A DNA stretch of 64,000 nt from Paecilomyces variotii (lineage: Eukaryota). Positions 37,537-50,019 of this stretch are shown here, piece after piece. The stretch is taken from NCBI GenBank assembly GCA_004022145.1, contig RCNU01000009.1; one strand, given 5' to 3'. Position 1 is the first letter of the stretch. The number at the start of each line of letters is the position of its first letter. The position numbers and the translations under genes were made by a program. Under the pieces are notes generated by a model that was not told the origin of the DNA, searched no databases, and saw only the letters and a list, made by a program, of their open reading frames with translations.

Positions 37537-37857
37537 ATGGCTGGCTTCCATGCAGGTCGCAAGGAGCCGTCATCATCCTTAAATGACAGATGGAGGGAGG
37601 AGTCATCGTTCCGCCCTCCCCGGATCCCCTCCACAGCCGCCGGCGGTATCCGTCGACTTCGCGACACGTTGTCATCCAAGATCTCTCGCTCAGCCTTTGC
37701 GGAGAGGGAGTATCTCAAGAAGGAGGCGCGTTATAAGACTCCGCTGACACAGCGGAATATGGATGCCTTTACCACGCAACAGGAGGTCCGGCAGGCTTAT
37801 CGTCTCGACAGCAGTCCGGAGGAACACGTCTCGGAATGGCTGAGGCAGCTGTCTTGA
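37537..37857 (+). CDS. Small hypothetical protein (106 aa)
   Basis: ATG in a good context (gccATGg), GC-rich coding-like ORF ending 'HVSEWLRQLS'; no family recognised. Confidence 0.45.
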   Translation: MAGFHAGRKEPSSSLNDRWREESSFRPPRIPSTAAGGIRRLRDTLSSKISRSAFAEREYLKKEARYKTPLTQRNMDAFTTQQEVRQAYRLDSSPEEHVSEWLRQLS

Positions 37858-39487
37858 GTTCGTTCTTGTGCCTCTCTGTTGCTCGTGTGTAGTTTCGTAC
37901 GTATGTTCGACTAACTGTCTCTTAAGTCTACCGGGATCGAAGCTGTTACGGGACACATAGTCTTGCCGCTGAAGGCTTATCACGATCTATACGTTGCAAA
38001 GTTGTCCTGGGACGATACGGAGTGTCTCACTTGGGGAGTGTGTTTTGGTCGCCTTATCATTGCGAAATTCAAAGCGTGTGATCTCGGACGTTCCTATATG
38101 AAAAGTACTACTTGGTGAGGGGTTGTTCCGAAGTCTTTATTGACGCCACCTCGAGAGTGGAACGTCCACGAAAATACGTTTTGTTGCTTCGGAAAGACAG
38201 TAGATTCGATCATCCATGGAGCATCATCAGATCTGCAGGGATGCTGCTGTACCGCTCAGAGTCGAAAGATACATGCACCGCCGTCCTTCGTTTTCACTCT
38301 CCTTGTGCTGCCTTTGGATGTCTACTATGTGTTAATTGCCTTTGCCCGTTTCGAATTCTTGTCATTGCAGAATACGGATCCTGTATGACCAACTGGTGTG
38401 GCAGAAAGGATCCAAATCTGTATAGCACCGCGGCTGACAGAGCGGGGGCTGTGCGGGTTGAAAGACGGATAGCACTGTTTGTCTCGATGTTTCCAATATC
38501 CAGGGAACGGCCCTCTTCTTGGAGAATGTCTCAGATGAGTATTCGGGAGTTTACTTGCTGAGACATGGATTGGGTGCTATTCTCGATTGTAAGATATGTG
38601 TAATTAATTAGATGCAGTAGTGTATTCATATAATCAATTTTATTTTGTAGATACTACTTCCAATGGGATACTTGATGATATTTCTAAATGTAGATCCATC
38701 TTTGTTGACAGAAGTCTTGGTCTTCGGGGTCCTACTAGACGCAGTGCTATTATCGATACGTACAAACGCACAGCTGTCCATGAGCTGTCCCATGACACGA
38801 CTCGCTGTTCTCGTCCATTTGATGCCCACCACTACTGTACCTTTAGCATATCAATTGATGATTCAACACTCCGTTCTGTTGATAGCATATTTTCACATAA
38901 TCTGCCTCCATCTCAGCCGCTGGTCCCTCTAGCCTCGTTACCGCCAGTGCTCTCCTGCATAACTATTCCCAGGGCACATTAATCCCGGCTATTCTCAAGA
39001 AGGATTCAGTTTTGTACGGTTTGTAGTCCATTACGGCAGATGGCAGCAAAAGCAAGGATGGCTCTCAGCCTGTTAACAGCGATGGCGATGACATTATATA
39101 TTGTCAGCTTCCGTTTGCTTGCTTCTATTCTCTAGGATACAACATATGCTAAGCTAAGTGTAGAGATCTAGGATCACGGAAGCAAAGACTCAGAAAAAGC
39201 ATATGACCCAGGAAATGAATATTGGATTGCTTAGAGAACTAAAGGATACCGGAATCTATCAGCTATTTATGCCTATAGACTTTATCTTGATTACTCGTTG
39301 GTTGAAGCACTGCCTCCGCCACTAATTATAAGCATTTACTTGTTCCAGCGTGTCTTTTTTGATCCTATATTGGTGGCTTTAGGTGGCTTCACGTTGCTTA
39401 TCCTACCTCTCTTTCAGCAGAGTCGTACAAGCTGTTTGCAGCTCGTCTCCCAGTAAGCTGTGAGCGCCAACACTAAGTCTGCATATC

Positions 39488-40735
39488 TCAAGCTCCCAGT
39501 CTAGGGCACTTGCTCACTTTATCCTTTTCAAGCATAGCAAGGAAGATCTCCTTAAGACCTTGAAGGAATTTGACAATCCGAGCGCGATTCTGCAATGGCA
39601 AAAGGCCCTTTAGCGATCTCTGTGACCGAAGAGCAAGAAATTGCCAATCAATGGGCGTCCGATTATCGATTAGATCTTGGAATTCAAAGACCACCTCTTT
39701 CTGGCAACGGCTCTGCCAATATATATCGGGCAACTGCCACCCAAACGCAGTAAGCATGTTTTCCGCATCTTTGCTATCAAGTGTTTCAACAATCTCAATT
39801 GATATATCAAGAGGAATCTGAGATATAATCGATTGCTGCCGCCGTTCGTGCCGTTTCTGTCGCTTTTGCCGGTGCGTCTGGGGGTGATCTTTTCCAGAGG
39901 AACAGGCCTTTTGTGCAGCAGCTTGTTGGATAAGATTTTCAATCTTCGGTATAACTGTGGGATTTCGTCCTGTTGGTGCCCTCTTTCTCCCCGAATCAGG
40001 GATATGGACACATTTCTCTCCTTCGTACTCACAGCGTTCGCAGCGTTCCTTAAGAAATGGCAATAAATCCCACCATTCACTGTTTTCCCTCCAGAATTGC
40101 AAAATCGCTTTCACAAAAGTCTTAAGATTGGCCTCTACCAATTGGTCCCCAATAACGCGTTTAACCAGTGGCCAGCAGTGTACATGAACTGGATATCCAA
40201 CTTCTAGGCCATTTTCCTTATTGATATCCCGGCCTAATATATTTGCTGTATAAAAATGAGCAAAATCTCTTCTAGAGCGTGACATAGGGATAGTAAGACA
40301 AGCAAGGTCCGGATCTCGTGGGACAGGAGTAGCAGTAGGCGAGTCTACGCTCAAATAATCCAAGGTGATCCCTGAGATAGCGAAGGAGTCGTCCTTCGGT
40401 TGATACAGAACTGTCTCACCCAAATTAGTAAAATGATATGCATTACCCTCTCACGTATTTCCTAATGTACACAGTGAGGGAGAAGATCATAAGATAATAA
40501 TACTTGCTCTATAAAAGTAAGCCCACATCCAAGGTTCGCTGTGGAAATACATGCTCTCTAGCTGTTTTCCCTGTACTGTCACAGTTGATTTCGTGGTTGT
40601 ACAATGCTTCCACTCTTCATGGTCCTGAAAAATTGGATCCTCCGGAGAAGCCCCGTATGTCGTTACTCCACATACTATGCAGCATATACAGAGTCTCTTT
40701 TTCCACGGGCGATTCACGGGATATTGATCCTCCAT
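39488..40735 (-). CDS. Hypothetical protein with N-terminal CxxC and C-terminal F-box-like motif
   Basis: Exon 1 40735-40504 (CIVCG), intron 40503-40411, exon 2 with 'GYPVHVHCWPL' and F-box-like 'ISQIPLDISIEIVETLDSKDAENMLTAFGW'. Confidence 0.65.
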
Positions 40736-41594
40736 AGTTGGAGAATAAAACTGCTAGACTTTAATCAGGGGGGAAAAAAAGAAGAAGGATAGTACGAGAG
40801 AATAGAGAGATTAGAAAACCCTTCAAGTAGGAAGTCCTCCTGCTTGTACCTTTTGTGTAAAATGCAACTATTTATTTCCCTAGCTGATGTCATCTTTAGT
40901 CTTCAATTCCAGACAACATCGGTAATATTATTAGCCTGTCAAAGAGTATGATGTAAGAAAAGCCGAAGACGACCAAAATTTGAAAACTAGTTAGCCGTAG
41001 TGGCTATATTTACGTCTGCTGTGCTACTATAGGAGGAGCTCATATAGAAATGCAATATGACAAACCGATAGGCATTACCGGTGCACTATCAACTGAAATA
41101 TTCGATAATGATATAGCTTCGGTATCATCTGACTATCATCGCGCTATTATATATATGTTGCTTGCTAGGACGAGAAATAGGATAGGATGCTACCTCTATC
41201 TTAATAGTAAAAGCCTCCTGATATCTCAAACATTCCGAGTCTAGCTTGTCACAATCTAACAGAGGAAGTATAATATATTGTGATAACATTCTGCTTGTCG
41301 TCTTAAGACGGTTGTATAAGATCGACCTATTCGTTTGTCTACCCGCATAAAAATAAGATATTACTCTAGTAACTTGCATTCGCTACAATAGATTATCTAA
41401 GTTCGTAAATGTTAGATAATGACTATTAAAATACTGACGTTCATTATGTTGTAAGTACAATATTCAACTGCTCAAAGACTCTTATATTCCTGTACCTAGC
41501 CTCAGGACTCTTCATTCTTATGCATTTTGCTCTTATTCGGCTGTAGGGTACCTGTAGAGAAGCCCCACAGCCCAGGGAATCTAGAACAAGTTAA

Positions 41595-41721
41595 TGTCGG
41601 AGCCTGCCTACAGGCAGACCTCCTGTCGGGTTTCTCCTACGCCTTTCTAGCTCCACCCACAGAGATAAATAAGCTGAGTTGGTTGCTAGAGAATTCAGGC
41701 TCAGCAAGCTTCGTTCCAAGA
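41595..41721 (+). mobile_element. 127-bp solo-LTR-like insertion, copy 1
   Basis: Starts TGTCGGAGC and ends GTTCCAAGA (degenerate terminal inverted repeat). Flanked by a perfect GTTAA duplication (41590-41594 and 41722-41726). About 90% identical to copy 2. Confidence 0.8.
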
Positions 41722-42141
41722 GTTAATATATACTCCGTGAATGAACACCGCTATTCAATAACAGAGCGATTCCCGTTTACCTTGTGCTATTGTAATATTC
41801 ACCAATGCAATATTCTCCATGAAAGATATTACTGAATCTCCAGCAATTGATTTTCTCTGCTTCACGGCATAGAAGAATAATCTTCTATCCCCGATTTCAT
41901 AGTTCCAACTTCCCCGCCGCCCCTGGTCCCTCAGTATATTGGGAGGGGCCCCAGATAACTGGCCAACGCCATTATTATCTGCTTGAGTTCTACGGTTGCG
42001 CTTTATACATATATATAATATATTCTTAACATGTCCCTATACCCCATGGGAGGTCACCAGGGGCACAAGCCCCCATACGCCTTGCTGGAAGTTAATAAAT
42101 ACAATAACAACCATAGTTTCAACTTCTTGAGACTTCCGAAA

Positions 42142-42690
42142 ATGGCAGCACCGGCTCCTACGGTATGGCTTCATTTGTCGCACTCATATATGACCATGCT
42201 GATTATTTGTAGTACGTGAATGTCGCCGCGCGCGGGAAATAACAATGTTAGGAAAGACACTACTGAATCCGACCTATACGGGAATTGAAATTCAATCCTG
42301 AACCTGGCATTTCCTGCCATAGCAGGTTATAGATCACGAGGCCGCAAAGTGCCCATACCACCTACAGCGGAGGAAGGGGCTTCTCAGACTTCCACACCTT
42401 TGTTTGAGTGGCAGTCACGAAGAAGAAAGTATTTTCTCATAACTCAGTGCAAAAAGTACGATGACCAATCCAGTGGGACAACTTGGGATGACGGAGAGGC
42501 GCAATTGGCGGGATACCTCAGCTCTCAACACCGTACGAGGTCCCCCGCTTTAAGGTCTCCTGTATATGGCATCCTCGCCATTGGAAAACGGGTTAGATTC
42601 TATAGATACGATGACAACACTAGAGGCATTATACAGTTTCAGCCGAGTGCGCAGTGGACGGCGAATAATTCACGGATTAGTTTTTACTAG
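42142..42690 (+). pseudogene. Decayed fungal restriction-endonuclease-fold (PD-(D/E)xK-like) gene
   Basis: Segments TESDLYGN*NSILNLAFP / ITRPQSAHTTYSGGRGFSDFHTF / FLITQCKK...WDDGEAQLAGYL...VYGILAIGKRVRFYRYD lie in different frames, with an internal TGA. Confidence 0.55.
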
Positions 42691-43119
42691 ATAGTTGCTT
42701 TTACTTGGAACATCCTTATGTATGCCGGGCCTGGAGCGACATCTGATACCCAGATGGCCTCGTAGCTCATCGGTGTTATCTAGCTAGCTAGCTGGAGGAG
42801 CTTGGGATAGTCCACAATGAGAATTCCTTTCCTCGCTTGCTCCTCGCATTTTTTACAATCCTTTATTTTCTAGCCTCAAGTTATCAAATACCACTGCCGA
42901 TGTAAGTGATCCAAACATACTGCGGTTCTAGCTTGAATGTAAATCTCACAGAAGAGTCACTTCAATGGATACGAAGAAACTGCAAGTATCGGCAAGATTT
43001 TAGAAATTGTCTACGTAAGTATGGGCGCTGCTCAACACCATCTCTGACAGTATTTCAATTTGGATGCCCACGAGAACGAACTAAGGGATAAAAACAAAGA
43101 AAAAAAAAGTAAAACAAAC

Positions 43120-43669
43120 ATGAGTTCCATACCCGCGCAGTCATCCTTCTCAGCGCTCGATGCAGTGCCCCTCGACGCCATCTATAACCTCAAGGAGCTT
43201 TTCGAAGTGGACAAACATGAGAAAAAAGTCATCCTGGGTTTCGGCTTCTATCGCGACAATAATTCCAAGCCCTGGGTTTTGCCGACTGTGGAAAAAGTAA
43301 CTCTTCAAAGCCATACACCATGTATCTCTGGGCACATCCTAATGGACACTTGTAGACAGAAGAAGTAGTAAATGTCGGGGCCTCCCTACAGGCAGACCTC
43401 CTGTCGGGTTTCTCCCACGCCTTTCCAGCTCCACCCACATAGATAAATAGGCTGAGCTAGTTGCTAGAGAATTCAAGCTCAGCGAGCTTCGCTCCAGAGT
43501 AAACAAAGCTCAGGACTCCGGTCGGTATGAGTATCTGCCAATTACTGGATATGCCCCATTCCACGGAGCAGCACGAGATCTTCTTTTTGGTCCTCTGAGT
43601 GAGAAAATAAGCCGCGTCGCGTCAGTGCACACTCTTGCGGGCACCGGTGCCAACAGCCTCCGGTTTCTC
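43120..43669 (+). pseudogene. Aspartate aminotransferase 5' remnant, interrupted by a solo-LTR-like insertion and truncated
   Basis: Exon 1 'DKHEKKVILGFGFYRDNNSKPWVLPTVEK', intron 43297-43355. Removing the insert plus one TSD copy restores TEEVVNKAQDSGRYEYLPITGYAPFHGAARDLLFG...VASVHTLAGTGANSL. Homology ends near 43670. Confidence 0.85.
43373..43498 (+). mobile_element. 126-bp solo-LTR-like insertion, copy 2
   Basis: Starts TGTCGGGGC and ends GCTCCAGA. Perfect GTAAA duplication (43368-43372 and 43499-43503). Interrupts the AAT reading frame. Confidence 0.85.
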
Positions 43670-43673
43670 GGTA

Positions 43674-44491
43674 TCAGAAGTTCTGTACAGTCCATATCTG
43701 ATTCGCGATCTCCTCTAGATCTTGATTGTCGAATACAATATCCACCTCTCTTGGTTCTGTTGGGGGACGCAAAAGGATCTGCTCGAAGGGGATCACAAGC
43801 GGCCCGTTGTCGATTCTTGCTGGGGGTGCCCTTGTTCACCTCTAGTCCACTTCTCGAGAGTAATCTTTGGCGTGTTACGATCGACTCTTAGAGTCAACAC
43901 GATTCCTGTAGCCCCGTTATGCTGGCGGATCCACCACCTCACATCAGATATCAGCTTTGAAGGTCCTTCCGAGACTGCTATTTCCAGGACAACAGTCGGC
44001 CAGTCTCTAGATGGAGTCCGGGATTGTGGTAGTCTTGCTGGAAAGTATTGGCCGTCGGGTTGTTTTGAACTGCCATCGTCTCCATAGCGGGTTGTGTTTA
44101 GACCGCTAAGCAATGCTATAGAAAGTCCCATTGCTCTGCGCTTCATGCCCATAATATAGTCGAATGCAGATCTGGCGATTTCATGCTCATTGGAGGCAGG
44201 CATTTTAACGAGTAGAAGACGTGTATTTCTATCGTATGAGCTCCAGTTCTTGAGCATGATGTCGTCGGACGAGTTAAGGAAGTCACGGTCAAACGCGTCT
44301 TTATTCACACCAGAAAATAAGACCCACTCGCTATCCTGTATTCCATTTCGTAAGTTGCGCGATTCATCGTCCCAAATTTTCCAAAACTGTTCTGTTCCCT
44401 GATAAGGGTATATTTTGCTGGCACATTCCAGATCTAGGAATCTGCTGCTACACGGGACTATATTGGCTTCAGGGTGTGCAAAGGAAGACAT
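43674..44491 (-). pseudogene. Fungal restriction-endonuclease-like (Uma2/PD-(D/E)xK-type) protein, frameshifted near the C-terminus
   Basis: 'VKMPASNEHE', 'SKQPDGQYFP', 'WPTVVLEIAVSEGPSKLISDVRWW'. The frame stops at 43793 but the family-like tail 'IDNGPLVIPFEQILLRPP...DLEEIANQIWTVQNF*' continues in another frame to 43674. Confidence 0.65.
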
Positions 44492-45039
44492 TTCTGTACT
44501 GCCTGAACTGATATGATCGTCAGTAATATATGGATATCTATTCCTCCCTTGAGAAATAAAGCCTCTAGACACTTGCAGATTTAAATATTCACAGCAGTAA
44601 TTCAATTTCCGCAGTTTCCGCCTGACGTCAGGATGAGAACAACAAAACAGATAATTTGAATATGTAGAATTTCTCTTGAGATACCATTTAATAAGATATA
44701 TACTTTACATACTTCTAAGTAATTGAAATTGGGAAAATAATTGAGCAGAGTACTTGTGCGTCCGGTTATTGATTGTAGTCGTTGTGTCAACCCTCGTACT
44801 TATAGGGTTAACATGCGTATGCAAGCTGCTGTCGATGCAGCCATTGATATCTAATATCCAGTAGCTTGCAACAAGAACAATGGTAGATGGTCTCTCTTTG
44901 ACAATATGAAATTTATAGGTTAGATCATATATATAGGCAATGATTCGAAACAGTTAAAAGACAAAAAACACCGAAAGTCACTTTTCTCGGCATAGAGCGA
45001 TAAGTGGAGGATCGGACAGAATAATGCCAAAACAATCTA

Positions 45040-46449
45040 CTATGTGATCTTTGGGCTTTGTTTCTGATAGAAGCTTTGCTTCACAGTGATATTCATACCA
45101 ATGGACTCTTGCGCAAAACCACCCGATTTATTTGACTGAGAAGTTTCCTCGTTGACCACGCTCTCAGCTCGTGCGATATCGGTCGTCAGGTATACCTCAT
45201 CATCGTCCGGCCGGAATGTTGTCTTAGTGATGTTTTTATAGCTATGGCGGTTTGTAGATGGCACCATACGGCGTCCACCCTGGTTGGCAGAGCCACTTGC
45301 CTTTGCATCGTTTGTGTTATTGCTTGAGTGAAAGCGACTAATACCCCAAGAATCTAATACCTGGCGCAGAGCAGGCCTCATTGTAGGCAAACATGCGCTC
45401 ACTATCCCGATGCAGGGTTCAACATTGGACCAGATCATAGCATCTCCAATAGCCCAAGTGATATCGACAGTATTTTTCAACTGGGTGATGGAGTAAATTC
45501 GGACGATAGTTGCGACACAGACACTGTTGATAAAAAGCCCGGGTTAGACTGAAGTCTCCGAAAGGGTGGCACCGGGAATTGAGATGAGACTTACAAACCA
45601 CCCAACATGAAGATGCCTATGACGGCAAGTCTCTTGGTCACACTCATCTGGAGTCCCCAGACAATAGGTATTGGTAGACAGAGGATAAGAACGTCTGTTA
45701 GAAGGTTTCCCACCGCGTTCCAAAGATAGAACTGATACAAATTAACTGTACATTTTCCTCCGCTCAGTGGATTAACCCACTGAGTCCAGAAAAAGGAACT
45801 GGGTTTGCAGGCGACTGATATTGTCACTGACACCGAGAGCGCGTATCCGAAAGCGAGAAAGGCACAGATGTACAGCGACCAGGTGAGATCGAAGATCCGA
45901 CGGTATAGGAGGAGAACGGCATATTTGACCACGGGCACAGTGTTTGCGTACAGGATCACATAGGCAAAGATGATCTGGACTTTGTGTGAGTATTCCTATC
46001 GTATCTGCTAGTGGAGACCCCCTGGTCAGGATCAGCTTACCTTCATACTTTCAAGCACATCATCTTCCGGAACAGACCATATGTGCTTTCCGATCCCATA
46101 CTCGCCGCCTATGATAATGCATTAGTGCCTTTTTTTCGTCTATTCGAATGAAGAACGACATTACATACCCAATATACAACATATACCAGTGCCATATGCG
46201 AATACCTGGGCACATAAATCAGTTATCTGATGTTTTGTTAAGGCGAAAGATCCATACCAGAGAGACCAAGGTCATCCAATCGTCAGCTCCCAACCCTGTA
46301 CCTGAGTTTGTGGTACGGGAATAGAAGCGCACCGCTACGAAGAATGTCGCAATGCCCATGACGACTCCTACTGTTGCATTGTTCGAAGGGGTACGATTTT
46401 CCTTCAAATCGATCCCAGCAGGAGGAGGGCCAATGATGAGACTCGACAT
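45040..46449 (-). CDS. PTH11-like (rhodopsin-domain) integral membrane protein
   Basis: 'VAVRFYSR...GLGADDW', 'YGIGKHIW', 'VKYAVLLLYRRIF', 'DVLILCLPIPIVWGLQM..KRLAVIGIFMLG', 'WSNVEPCIGIVSACLPTMRP'; several introns. Confidence 0.88.
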
Positions 46450-47232
46450 CCTGAAGTTTGACCTTTTTGGGTGAATGCGTGGGTTGACTTCCAACCTTTA
46501 GAATAGAACTTGCTTAAAGAAGACTAAAAGAATAAAAGGAACAAAAGAACAAAAGAAAATTCACAGATATCCTGCCTTGTCTTGTATAATTATCATGAAA
46601 CGAGAGTATTTGCAGAACCAACAACAACAAGAGCCAGCATGCGGTCTCGCAGACAGCAATGACCTTCTGCCGCTCTATAGAAGAGGCGCAAAATGGATAT
46701 ACAAAGCCACTTTTTATTTTACGAGACAGATCATAAAGAAGCTATTTGCAGCTACAAAGTATTAGGGCCCGGACTGACGGCGGGCTACGGGTATGTCCAC
46801 CACAGCTCCGGGTTCGCTGGTCTCGAAGAAAGACTAGCTGATAGTTAATTAGATGCCCAGGTAGTCTTAACGTCTGACGATACAAGCTGCTGACACATAA
46901 CATGGACCCCCCATGCAGGAGCAACCCACATTGTGCACTTGTAGAGCCGCAATCTGAGCAGATGGTGTCGGCACGGGCTGGACACGGGAAGCAAAGGAAG
47001 GGTTTTCGAAACAAGATCGGAATCTTTATCTATCGTGCTTCTGGAAACTGGGGGTCAGTCCTTAACGCAGGTATCTTATTGCCTCTAAAGTCCCACGTCG
47101 CTTGAGTAGTTCCTCGGTGAGAAAAGCCTTCATATGCCCAGTAAGACTGACATTCTATTAGATCCCTTGAATTTGAGCAACTTTATGAGAAACCGCCATT
47201 GACCTATGCAAGCTTTTTATTTTTTTTTTATT

Positions 47233-47277
47233 TTTTTGCTGTGCCGCAAGCATTTCTTTTCTGCGGCACAGCAAAAA
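47233..47277. repeat. Perfect 16-bp inverted repeat with 13-nt spacer
   Basis: TTTTTGCTGTGCCGCA-N13-TGCGGCACAGCAAAAA. Confidence 0.9.
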
Positions 47278-47825
47278 GGCTGAAATAGGTCATGACAGGC
47301 GGTATCCATGGATTCATCCACCTCTCGGAATGCGGATCCGCTTGCCCTAGAATACTTTGACATCAATGTTTAAGTAGTGCCGCCAACTAACGTCTCTCTA
47401 AAACATCCCCGGCTGCCCGTCGAGCGCACTATCATCGGTCAAGTGCTTCTTAGAACGGCAAATCTCCGACCGGACCTGCGGACCTGTCAGAAGTTTTAGT
47501 TGCCGTCCGAACTAATTCGATTCTAAACACCTTAAGCTTGTTTCAGGCCCACTTGTCTGCTATGAAACTCGACGACTGGTCTTGCTAAGTAGTTGCCTGT
47601 ACTGGGGCAACATGTATCTGCCTCTAGTCTGCATTCCACGAGGTCTACTGCATCTAGATGAGAAATCTGCCGTTTAGTCTCACTGGCGTGAATTGTTACG
47701 GCCGTTACGTTGCGCCTAGACCCCTTAGTAAGTTGTCGATGATAACTAGTTATTCCAATGGCCTACGTTTCAGTTTGATTCCTTTCTTTTTGGATTCAAG
47801 ACGTCTTCCGAGACCATTCGTTATC

Positions 47826-50019
47826 ATGGCTGACGAGAACGGCACAGCAACTCTTCCCCAAGGACGGCCCAAGAATTGGGTCCCAATCGACGCAAATCAG
47901 TTCGCATTTACGCCAAGGAAGCTTCGTCTCATCTGCATTGGAGCCGGTTTCTCTGGCCTGACTTTGGCTCACCGGATCAAATACAGCAAGAAGAAGCTGG
48001 GTGACTACGTGGACTTTGTCATCTATGATAAAAACTCGACTGTTGGCGGAACTTGGGCTGAGAATCGCTTCCCTGGACTTTGTTGGTAAGCTTGCAGTTT
48101 TCACTCTTGAGATTAAGGTCCTCGTTCAGGAACTGCCCGGAATATGATATGACCAGGGGCCTTCCTGGCATGAATATGAACACTAGATAGACTAATTTGA
48201 TTATCTCATAAAAAGCGATGCTCCCTCGCGTACGTGTCCCATCCCGCTCCTTACACCGCTCTTCCCGCGTATGGCCATTCATTTCGAGATGTTGTGTACA
48301 CTGACTATTGTAATTGAACAGACGTATACACCTTTGACTTTGAACCGAACCCGAACTGGTCCACGTTTTACGCTTCAGGGGACGAAATCCTCGACTATAT
48401 TGAGACAACGACGAAGAAGTACAAGCTTGACGAGCTTGTTCAGCTCAACTCGAAGATAACCGAGAGTATCTGGGACGAGCCTTCAGGAAGATGGAAGATC
48501 AAGGTCCAACAGGGGGATAAGATTATCGAGGACGTGGCTGACATTTTGATCAGCGGCGCGGGAATCCTAAAGTAAGCTTAACTGTAAAGATTCTTCACGC
48601 GAAATCAGCACTAACCCTTGCCCATGTAGCAAATGGTCTTGGCCGCAGATCCCTGGCCTCAATGACTTCAAGGGGAAACTCATGCATAGCACTCAGTGGT
48701 AGGTTATTCTTTCTGGTTCCACCAAGTCCATATAGCGCTTTCCGTTGACATGATCTCAAAGGGATCCATCGTACGATTACGCGGGCAAAAGGATAGCCGT
48801 CATTGGAAATGGCTCGTCTGGTATCCAGATTGTACCGGCGCTGCAGAAGACTGCCAAGAAGGTGGTGAACTATATTCGCCATCCAACATGGATTTCCATC
48901 AACTTTGGAGGACAGTTCACACCTCAGGGCGCGAACTTTGAGTACTCAGATGAGCAGAAGCGGACTTTTGAGTCCTCACCAGAGGAGTTCCTCGCTTATC
49001 GCAAGCAGCTTGAGCATTCGTTAGTTCTCCCTACGGATCATTCTTATAGGCCTTGCCAGGACAACTAACGCTATGAGGAAATAGTCTGAACTTCGTCTAC
49101 GGTGCTATGCTTAAAGGATCTCCTATCAATGCCATGTTCAAGGACATGTGCACTAACCTGATGAAAGCACGACTTGGCAATGACGATGATCTCGCGGCCA
49201 AGTTCATCCCGAACTATACTATCGGTTGTCGTCGCCTGACTCCAGGAGATGGCTATCTCGAAGCCCTGCAAGCGGACAACGCCTCTGCTAACTTCACCCC
49301 AATCGCGCGCTTCACCAGCGGAGGAATCGAGACGACAGACGGCAAAGAAGAAGAGTTCGATCTGATCGTCTGTGCGACTGGATTCGATGTTGACTTTATC
49401 CCGCCTTTCAAGCTTGTCGGGCGTGACGGCTTCGAGGTAAACGCCGCATGGAAAAAGTCGAACCAGAATGCGTACTTCTCAACATGTGTGCCGCATACTC
49501 CCAACTTCTTCATGTTCCACGGACCTAACTGCCCTATCGGTCATGGCTCTGTGACGCGCGCTGTCGGCTGGCTAGCCGACTACATTGTCGAGTGGACGGA
49601 GAAGATTGCAACTGAGGGCATCAAGTCCGTCTGTGTCAAACCAGACGTCGTCAACGACTTTAACATCTATATACAAGAGCAGCTCCAGCGTACTGTCTGG
49701 GCTGATGAATGCGATAGTTGGTATACGAAGGGTGCCAGGGACCCTCATCGTGTCGTGGCTATGTATGCAGGAAGTGTGTTGCATTTTAAAGGTAAGAACT
49801 TACTTACCCACACCGATATTACCCCCTACCTGGCTTCTAATACATATGAGCGATGGACCACTGGGCTGACACAAGTTCACAGCGTGCGTGGAGAAAATCC
49901 GCGGCGAAGACTTTGACTTCCAATATATCTCACCAAATCGCTTCGCATTCCTTGGGAATGGTGAACTCGCACGGGAAAAGGAAGAGGGCGCTGATCTCGC
50001 ATATTATATGACTGAATAA
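47826..50019 (+). CDS. Type I Baeyer-Villiger / flavin-containing monooxygenase
   Basis: GAGFSG, GGTWAENRFPGLCCDAPSH (spliced), fingerprint FKGKLMHSTQWD, second Rossmann motif GNGSSG, 'GCRRLTPGDGYLEAL', CATGF; multiple GT-AG introns; TAA 50017-50019. Confidence 0.92.

Noticed and set aside
41595..43498. One TRIM/LTR element with the two repeats as its LTRs
   Set aside because: Each copy has its own distinct perfect TSD, the interior is host pseudogene DNA, and no PBS/PPT was seen.
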